Shown piece by piece: positions 28,219 to 34,922 of a stretch of 38,663 nucleotides of DNA. The position numbers were made by a program, and so were the translations under genes. Positions within the stretch are counted from its first letter, which is position 1. Each line of letters begins with the position of its first letter. This DNA is from an uncultured Acidimicrobiaceae bacterium (lineage in GTDB: Bacteria > Actinomycetota > Acidimicrobiia > Acidimicrobiales > CADCSY01). The DNA lies in contig CAYGGL010000002.1 in assembly GCA_964349215.1 (NCBI GenBank), forward strand, positions 1 through 38,663. Reading direction: 5' to 3'. The notes under the pieces were generated by a model, which had not been told where the DNA came from, did not search any database, and saw only the letters and a list, made by a program, of their open reading frames with translations.

Positions 28219-28256
28219 CAACAGCCCGGCCACCTGAGCAGGCAGCCGGGCTGTTG
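28219..28256. terminator. 12-bp GC-rich hairpin between convergent genes; the T-tract is on the minus-strand side
   Basis: caacagcccggc-N14-gccgggctgttg. The minus-strand reading is followed by ttttctattt. Confidence 0.65.
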
Positions 28257-28295
28257 GCAAATAAAATCTTCTCCAATGGAGAAGGGGCGAGTGTC

Positions 28296-29405
28296 TTAGG
28301 CACTCATCGTTTCGCCTTCGGCGAGAGCAAACATTTCGTACTCTTCGCCTGTATCGGCCCAATCTTCAAACTGGATCACGCCTAGTTCTTCGAACTTGTG
28401 ACGCAACCAAGCGTCACCTGCATCAAGAAGACCAAGCTTCTTGCAGTTGGGGACAATCTTAGAAAAGAGCATCTTTTGGAATTCGGCACGGTAAGGAGAC
28501 TGCTGGGTGATGGCCATGGCAGCCTTGGGGTCTACTCCCATGCGATCCCAAACCTCTTGTTGCAAGAAACGGTCACGCATACGTACGGCGGCCTCGTAGG
28601 CAAACTCTTGGCGAATGCGCAGCTCAGGGGCGCTCATATTTTCATAGACCTCTTGGAGGCTGAGAACTCCGAAGGCAACGTGGCGAGCTTCGTCACTCAT
28701 GACGTAGCGCAAAAGTTGCTTGAGTAGTGGCTCGGTGGTCATCTGATGCATGAAACCGAACGCAGCAAGAGCTAGGCCTTCGACCATGATCTGCATTCCA
28801 AGATAAGTAATGTCCCAACGCTCATCTTTGATGATGTCGTCGAGCAACATCCCAAGGTGAGCATTGACCGGGTATGAGTTCCCAATCTTGTCAAGGTACT
28901 TGGCAAACACCTCAACGTGGCGAGCTTCGTCCATAGCCTGTGTGGCTGCGTAGTACTTGGCATCGATCCAAGGCACATTCTCAATGATGCGAGCGGTACA
29001 GATAAGAGCACCTTGCTCACCATGCATGAATTGGCTGAGTGCCCAAGCCTGGCTTTCAATGCCCATCTGAAGGAATTCCTTATCGCCCCACTTCTCAAAG
29101 GGGGTACCGGCAAGTTCCATCTGCTGGAGTCCAAAAGACTGCATCTGGAGTGCAGCGAGAGCCTCTTGATCAATCTCGGTTTCCCAAGGTAGATCAGTCT
29201 CACCGTTCCACATGGAGTGCTTTGCTTTCTCATACAGACGGTTCAGCTTGGGGCGTTGGCCTTTGTCGTAGTCCCAAGTGAAGATCGTGTCGTAGTTGCT
29301 GCGTACTTCGTGTACGACTGCATCGACGTCCTTATTGCTGATGGCAAGAATGGCGTCAAGATCATTGACTTCATCTCTACCGATCAGTTCTTTGTTGGTT
29401 GCCAT
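28296..29405 (-). CDS. Ferritin-like diiron-carboxylate protein (R2/AurF-like oxygenase superfamily), function unknown
   Basis: Two E...EXXH half-sites: HGEQGAL...MDEARHVEVF and MVEGLALAAF...SDEARHVAFG. 369 aa with a ~100-aa N-terminal extension. Confidence 0.7.
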   Translation of the reverse strand: MATNKELIGRDEVNDLDAILAISNKDVDAVVHEVRSNYDTIFTWDYDKGQRPKLNRLYEKAKHSMWNGETDLPWETEIDQEALAALQMQSFGLQQMELAGTPFEKWGDKEFLQMGIESQAWALSQFMHGEQGALICTARIIENVPWIDAKYYAATQAMDEARHVEVFAKYLDKIGNSYPVNAHLGMLLDDIIKDERWDITYLGMQIMVEGLALAAFGFMHQMTTEPLLKQLLRYVMSDEARHVAFGVLSLQEVYENMSAPELRIRQEFAYEAAVRMRDRFLQQEVWDRMGVDPKAAMAITQQSPYRAEFQKMLFSKIVPNCKKLGLLDAGDAWLRHKFEELGVIQFEDWADTGEEYEMFALAEGETMSA

Positions 29406-29432
29406 TATTTCTCCCCTATATGGATGTGGTTG

Positions 29433-30101
29433 CTATTTGGGTCTTAGGACTGATGAGGCCCTTGGTATTGAAATCCGTGTATTGAAATCTTGTGCCGGCT
29501 CCCGGGCCAACATGGCGATTCCGGGCATTATGAAGGTTTCGATTAGGCGCTTCACTGAGTCTTCGTCGTATGGGTCAAAGCGCTCTGATGGTGAAGATGC
29601 ATAGGACAATACGATGCGAACGATCCGCTCTGCTGCCTCTAAGGCTTGAGCACGATCAAACCAAGGAGCTAGTTGTGCTGCGGTGAAGATCGTGCCGGGG
29701 CGAACAAGGCCATCCATCGAAGGAGCCAGAATGTGGATAGCTGGGGCATCGGGTTCATATGTCAGCAAGGCCCTAAGTGCAGGATGGCCTATCAAGCGTC
29801 GAAGGGCATGGCCAACGCCAAGGATAAGACGATCTTCGAGTGTGTCTGCTTCTTTAAGTTCGTCACTGAGGGCCGCGAAAAAAGTAGTTGCCTCTGCATC
29901 GGCAACTGCTTGTACCAGGCTTTCTTTTCCTCCTGGGAAAAGGCGGTAAACCGTTGCCCTACTGCAACCGGCCTCACGAGCGACATCTTCAAGGCTGGTT
30001 TTGTTTATTCCCCATCGTTCAATGCAAGTAAGGCAAGCGATCCTAATACGTGTCTCGACCTCTGAGGTCTGAGACGAAACAGCCACTGCCGGAGATGCCA
30101 T
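29433..30101 (-). CDS. TetR/AcrR family transcriptional regulator
   Basis: N-terminal HTH TSLEDVAREAGCSRATVYRLFPGGKESL. 222 aa, lying 27 nt upstream of the diiron gene on the same strand. Confidence 0.9.
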   Translation of the reverse strand: MASPAVAVSSQTSEVETRIRIACLTCIERWGINKTSLEDVAREAGCSRATVYRLFPGGKESLVQAVADAEATTFFAALSDELKEADTLEDRLILGVGHALRRLIGHPALRALLTYEPDAPAIHILAPSMDGLVRPGTIFTAAQLAPWFDRAQALEAAERIVRIVLSYASSPSERFDPYDEDSVKRLIETFIMPGIAMLAREPAQDFNTRISIPRASSVLRPK

Positions 30102-30107
30102 ATACTT

Positions 30108-30142
30108 AGACTATAACGACTATTTGTCTTATTGTCAATAGT
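30108..30142. promoter_or_regulatory. Candidate TetR operator in the AT-rich divergent intergenic region
   Basis: GACTATA (30108-30114), then GACTATT (30117-30123) -N12- AATAGTC (30136-30142), a 7-bp inverted repeat. The region also contains ttattgtc/ttatggtc direct repeats. Confidence 0.4.
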
Positions 30143-30200
30143 CCTTATGGTCTTGGTTGTCAGCTGAACAGGAAGGCCCTATTTGTGATCAGATGTTTAG

Positions 30201-30878
30201 ATGCCTTCCGCATTGCCTTGTCCGACAAATTTAAACATTGAGATCCTGGGCTCAGGACCATCGCTCGTATTAACTCATGGAGTTGGGTCGTCCTTGGAGA
30301 CTTGGGGGGCGCAAGTTCCAGTGCTGTCGCAGCATTACACCGTGATCCGTTGGGACCTGAGAGGTCATGGCAATTCGGAGCGACCCGAAGACCCTGATTG
30401 TTACAGCCGAGATCTTGCGCTCAATGATCTACAAAGCATTGTCGAGAGCCATAACAATGGTGAACAGACCGTTCTGGTCGGTCATTCACTTGGCGGGTAC
30501 CTGTCGATGGCACTGGCCATTACACAGCCTCAGTTGGTTAAGTCATTGATTCTCATAGCCACCGGCCCTGGCTTTCGAGACCCACAAGCGAGGGACAAAT
30601 GGAATGCCGGTATGGAGAAGATGGCAGAGTCGTTTGATCTACCGAGTTACGTTACGGGCATTGCCGCTCAGCCTGATGCGTTAGTCATGGATCGATTAGA
30701 AGAGATCAAGGTGCCGACCTTGTTGATAGTCGGCGAGCGTGACAAGCGTTATCACGGAGGCTGTGCATATTTAGAGCGCAAACTTGGAGCAACCTTGGTA
30801 ATGATCGAGGGTGCAGGTCATATGGTTCATGAGACTCATGCACAAGAGGTAAACCAAGCTATCGAAGCATTTTTGTAG
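30201..30878 (+). CDS. Alpha/beta-fold hydrolase
   Basis: HG oxyanion motif (LVLTHGVGSS), nucleophile elbow GHSLGG and C-terminal GAGHMVH. Confidence 0.85.
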   Translation: MPSALPCPTNLNIEILGSGPSLVLTHGVGSSLETWGAQVPVLSQHYTVIRWDLRGHGNSERPEDPDCYSRDLALNDLQSIVESHNNGEQTVLVGHSLGGYLSMALAITQPQLVKSLILIATGPGFRDPQARDKWNAGMEKMAESFDLPSYVTGIAAQPDALVMDRLEEIKVPTLLIVGERDKRYHGGCAYLERKLGATLVMIEGAGHMVHETHAQEVNQAIEAFL

Positions 30879-30938
30879 AGCTGAACTTATTTAGAAGCCC
30901 AACTTATTGGAAGTCGAACATGAAAGAGGGGGAGAGCA

Positions 30939-31715
30939 ATGCGTTTAGATAAAAAAGTGGCATTTATAACGGGTGTTTCTTCTGGCATTGGGGCGGCTTG
31001 TGCCTCGAGGTTTGCAGATGAAGGAGCTGTTGTCATTGGTTTCGATTTGGGTGAAGCTCCCAATGGCCAAGACTCACGGTTGGCAGGTTTTTTTGGGGGA
31101 GACGTTCGCGATGAAAAAGTCGTTGCAAACGCAGTAGAAGCAACAGTGGCCGAAAGAGGTTGCATAGACATCTTGGTAAATGCGGCCGGTGTGGCCGGTG
31201 GAGCGCCTGTGCATGTTCTCGAACAAGAGGAGTGGGATCGCGTTATTGACATCAATCTCAAAGGGACCTTCCTTGTTGCCAAACATGTTCTGAGTGCCGC
31301 AATGGTTAAACAACGTTCTGGCAGCATCATCAATCTGGCAAGCATCGAAGGCGTCGAAGGCATGGATGTGGCGAGCGCATATAACGCCTCAAAGGGCGGT
31401 GTCGTGCTATTGACTCGCCAGATCGCCGTTGATTATGGACGCATTGGGATTCGTTCAAATTGTCTATGCCCGGGATTTATCGAGACCCCAATGACTGCGA
31501 TGTTGCGCGCTCCCGGCCTTGAGTCGATTGCCGACAAGATTGCTGATGCGCATCTGCTTGGGCGTTTTGGAAAACCTGAGGAAGTGGCCGCAGCCGCATC
31601 ATTCCTGGCCTCAGACGATGCCTCGTTCATAACTGGACACGCGTTACTTGTGGATGGAGGACTGACTGCCGGACACCGCTTCGGCTTGGGAGCAATGTTC
31701 GGCTTGGGGACTTGA
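30939..31715 (+). CDS. Short-chain dehydrogenase/reductase (classical SDR, FabG-like)
   Basis: TGVSSGIGAA (TGxxxGxG), NAAG and YNASKGG (YxxxK). Strong RBS GAGGGGGAG. Confidence 0.9.
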   Translation: MRLDKKVAFITGVSSGIGAACASRFADEGAVVIGFDLGEAPNGQDSRLAGFFGGDVRDEKVVANAVEATVAERGCIDILVNAAGVAGGAPVHVLEQEEWDRVIDINLKGTFLVAKHVLSAAMVKQRSGSIINLASIEGVEGMDVASAYNASKGGVVLLTRQIAVDYGRIGIRSNCLCPGFIETPMTAMLRAPGLESIADKIADAHLLGRFGKPEEVAAAASFLASDDASFITGHALLVDGGLTAGHRFGLGAMFGLGT

Positions 31716-32419
31716 GCGCAGACATGTCTAAGGAGAATCCCGAAGTTGATACCCGTACGCCATTGGAACGTCTTGGGGTGCTTGCTACACAACAAGTTGA
31801 GATAACTGAAACCCTGCACCATCTTGAGATGTTTACCCTCGAAGGTCTGCTTACCGTTCTATGGCATGGGGCTCATGATGCCGAGAAAGTTGTAGTCGCA
31901 TGCGGGGGAGCCATGGGTGGTTTGTTGGGTCCGGCGGACGGGCTCTATCACGACCTTGGCGAGGCATTAGTTGAACATGACGTCGCAATGTTGCGCATTG
32001 GATATCGCAAGCCAAATGATTTATCTGCCTGCACCATCGATGTTGCCGCCGCCGCCGAAGTCTCTGCTCGTCAAGGTGGCCAACGCATGGTGACAATGGG
32101 CCATTCATTTGGTGGAGCAATAGCGGTACGTGTGGGCGCATTCTTGCCAGAGGTGGTAGTGGGCGTGGTCACTTTGGCAACTCAGTCAGCAGGTTGTGAG
32201 GTGGCAACACATCTTGCCGGGCGACCATTGTTGATGTTCCATGGCGATGCTGATGAGTTGTTGCCGATACAGACGAGCGAGGTTGTCCGCGACATGGCAG
32301 GTGGCACTGGCGAGCTGGTGATTTTGCCCGGCACGGGACATTTGATGACCCAATCTAACGATGCTTTGCGTGCTCGCCTTCTGGAGTGGATTCCCGAGAC
32401 ACTAGAGTTGGTTGTATGA
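31712..32419 (+). CDS. Alpha/beta-fold hydrolase (dienelactone hydrolase-like)
   Basis: Nucleophile elbow GHSFGG, HGDADELLP (acid) and GTGHLM (His). Start is TTG 31712 (overlaps the SDR stop) or ATG 31724. Confidence 0.75.
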   Translation: MSADMSKENPEVDTRTPLERLGVLATQQVEITETLHHLEMFTLEGLLTVLWHGAHDAEKVVVACGGAMGGLLGPADGLYHDLGEALVEHDVAMLRIGYRKPNDLSACTIDVAAAAEVSARQGGQRMVTMGHSFGGAIAVRVGAFLPEVVVGVVTLATQSAGCEVATHLAGRPLLMFHGDADELLPIQTSEVVRDMAGGTGELVILPGTGHLMTQSNDALRARLLEWIPETLELVV

Positions 32420-33288
32420 GCCAAGAACCACAAGCTGCCCATTTCTACGGACTCGGTGGAGTGACCCTGCGGGCTGACATTTATGGAGACAAAGAGGCTC
32501 ATCCGGTAATTTTGTTACACGGCGGGGGCCAAACCCGTCACGCCTGGGGCTCAACGGCGATGCGTCTGGCAGATGCAGGTTTTCAGGCGCTGACCCTAGA
32601 CCTTAGAGGTCATGGAGAAAGCGACTGGGCGCCAGATTCCGACTATTCAATGGACGCATTCATGGCAGACCTTTTTGTGGTCATGGAAAGCTTCTCGAGC
32701 CCTCCAGCGGTAGCGGGAGCGTCTATGGGTGGAATGACCGCATTGTTGGCTGCTGGTGAAGCTTCAGATGATCAGCCCGCTATGGCGTCGTTGATCCTTG
32801 TTGACGTTGCTCCAACGCTCGAGCCCGAAGGCGTATTGCGCATTTTGGAGTTCATGAACTCCAACCCCGACGGTTTTGAGACCATTGAAGAGGTTGCAGA
32901 TCTGGTCTCCAACTACATGCCGCATCGTCCTCGACCGAAGGACTTGAGTGGGCTGAGTAAGAATCTGCGTCTTGGTGAAGACGGCCGTTATAGGTGGCAT
33001 TGGGATCCTGAATTTCTTTCTCCCAAGCGCCATGCTTCCAATGCCAATCGTCCGACTCGTTTGTTAGAAGCTGCCCAAGCCCTGACGATTCCGACGCTAT
33101 TGGTTCGAGGGCGCATGAGCGATGTTGTCAGCGAAGAGGGCGTGTCTGAGTTCTTGGAAGCAGCGCCTCATGCTCGATTTGTCGACGTTGCAGATGCTGG
33201 TCACATGGTTGCCGGCGACCGCAATGATGTATTCACCAACGCCGTGGTCGACTTCCTTGAAGAAAGCTCGCCGGCTCGCACCTCGTGA
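32416..33288 (+). CDS. Alpha/beta-fold hydrolase
   Basis: ILLHGGGQTRHAW, RGHGESD, the GASMGG nucleophile elbow and DAGHMV. ATG 32416 overlaps the upstream stop (ATGA). The ORF-track start 32386 is rejected. Confidence 0.85.
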   Translation: MSQEPQAAHFYGLGGVTLRADIYGDKEAHPVILLHGGGQTRHAWGSTAMRLADAGFQALTLDLRGHGESDWAPDSDYSMDAFMADLFVVMESFSSPPAVAGASMGGMTALLAAGEASDDQPAMASLILVDVAPTLEPEGVLRILEFMNSNPDGFETIEEVADLVSNYMPHRPRPKDLSGLSKNLRLGEDGRYRWHWDPEFLSPKRHASNANRPTRLLEAAQALTIPTLLVRGRMSDVVSEEGVSEFLEAAPHARFVDVADAGHMVAGDRNDVFTNAVVDFLEESSPARTS

Positions 33289-33306
33289 GCTAGTGCAGAT
33301 AGAGAG

Positions 33307-34029
33307 CTATGCCCAAGGCAGCGACTTCCAAGCATCTGCTAGTGAATTGTCGCCAAAGACGTTGAGGCGTTCCTCGGTAATGCGTCTCCAGAGCCATAAG
33401 TAAAGATCACTCGCTGTTCCTTGGAGAGCGAGTGATCCCTTTGCATGTGAGTGCTCGACTTCAATGGTGGAATCAACAATGCTGATTAGCCATTCTCCAG
33501 GCTCGTCAGTTGCATGCAAATGCAGTGTCCCGTCCAGATTGAAGTCTGAATTAGAGGCAAGTGCTTGTGGGATCCAGATGTCGAGGATCTCGTTTATGCC
33601 ATCTACTGCAAGAGCGGCTCCGATCGGCTGAGGTGTCGAGGTTGCCAACTGGGCATCCCAGCGATGCACCGCGACTTCGAGTGCTTGTCGCCGAAACCAA
33701 AAACCAGCGATTTGATCATTGGGAGAAAAATTCCACCTTGGCGCCGTAGGGTCGGTGTTGGTCAAAACATCAATTAGGAAATTGAGTTCAGACAAGTACC
33801 ACTCGGGAGTAATTTCCTCAGGCGCAGGAGGAAAGCCATCTGGGGCAGCCCCATTTTCATCTCCGGCAGCCATTGCGGCCCAACGATGAACTCGACCCAT
33901 ATGGTTCATGAGTTTTGTGACTGTCCATTCGGGACAACTTGGGACCTGTGCAGACATATTTTTTGCACAAGCCTGGGCGAATGCTTCGCCATCATTTCGT
34001 AAAGACGTCAGATACTCGTCGACATTCAT
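33307..34029 (-). CDS. DinB-fold / mycothiol-dependent maleylpyruvate isomerase N-terminal domain protein (TIGR03083-like)
   Basis: The N-terminus ...EAFAQAC....VPSCPEWTVTKLMNHMGRVHRW is typical of actinobacterial MDMPI_N/DinB proteins. About 240 aa. Confidence 0.72.
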   Translation of the reverse strand: MNVDEYLTSLRNDGEAFAQACAKNMSAQVPSCPEWTVTKLMNHMGRVHRWAAMAAGDENGAAPDGFPPAPEEITPEWYLSELNFLIDVLTNTDPTAPRWNFSPNDQIAGFWFRRQALEVAVHRWDAQLATSTPQPIGAALAVDGINEILDIWIPQALASNSDFNLDGTLHLHATDEPGEWLISIVDSTIEVEHSHAKGSLALQGTASDLYLWLWRRITEERLNVFGDNSLADAWKSLPWA

Positions 34030-34064
34030 GGCAACCGAGCCTAGATCGGGAACTTCGATGCGGC

Positions 34065-34922
34065 CTAGGATTTATCCACCTGTCCGAGTTCATCCAGTGC
34101 TCTAAGAGGGCCAAATCGATTGATGATATCGCTGAACGAGATGCGTTCTGCTGCGAGATTTAAACCTAAAACAACTAATAGGGCGATCACGCGAACCCAC
34201 GGTGGGCAAGCAATGACCAGGGAAAATCCCATCACTCCTCCCAATACGTTTGCACCCGCATCTCCCAACATGAACCGTTCCTTCAAGTCTCCCGAGATCA
34301 AGATGAGACTGACGGCAAACACAATGGCTGGGCCGACCAGAAATGATCTATATGTCGCAACGGCACCAATCAGTACAAATGCAATCGTTGAAAATTTGAG
34401 TACCCGCCCAGGGGCGCGGTCAAAGAGGTTGGCAAGATTTGTAGTCAACCCAACCAGTGCGCCGTCCCGCATTACATGTAGGGGTGCGAGGGTGCCAGGT
34501 TCAACAAAGGGAGCGCAGACCACGATTGCTATGCACCCGCCCCCGATTAGTTTGAGCCCGCCGGTTGTCATTTGTCCGTGAATCAATGAGTTGAGATGTC
34601 CACGAAAACCTCTTATGTCACTTGTCCCCACAAGGTCATCGATGACGCCTAAAAACCCGAGGACAACGGCTAGCGCGAGCGTCGTGAGTCGATAGCTGTC
34701 CATGCGAATTTCGAGGTCAGCACTTAACGAGGCGACAAGGGCGAAGACGGCCTCTGTGATCAACAAAGCGATTGGGATCACCAAGCCAACTGATGTTGGC
34801 AACGCCTTTCCTCGGTAGTTCTCTCGGGTGAAAATTTCCCGAGCGAAGACTGGGCGCAACATCTTCAGCGCTATCGCTCCGCTGATGAGCCCTCCCATAA
34901 TTGCCAGAGGAATGACGTCCAT
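34065..34922 (-). CDS. Polyprenyl-phosphate sugar-1-phosphate transferase family protein (MraY/WecA, GT4 PF00953-like), short form
   Basis: Polytopic. Motifs NYRGKALPTSVG, VIDDLVG (DD), TNLANLFDRAPG and LGDAGANVLG (MGDxGS-like). The ATG directly abuts the stop of the upstream gene. Confidence 0.7.
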   Translation of the reverse strand: MDVIPLAIMGGLISGAIALKMLRPVFAREIFTRENYRGKALPTSVGLVIPIALLITEAVFALVASLSADLEIRMDSYRLTTLALAVVLGFLGVIDDLVGTSDIRGFRGHLNSLIHGQMTTGGLKLIGGGCIAIVVCAPFVEPGTLAPLHVMRDGALVGLTTNLANLFDRAPGRVLKFSTIAFVLIGAVATYRSFLVGPAIVFAVSLILISGDLKERFMLGDAGANVLGGVMGFSLVIACPPWVRVIALLVVLGLNLAAERISFSDIINRFGPLRALDELGQVDKS

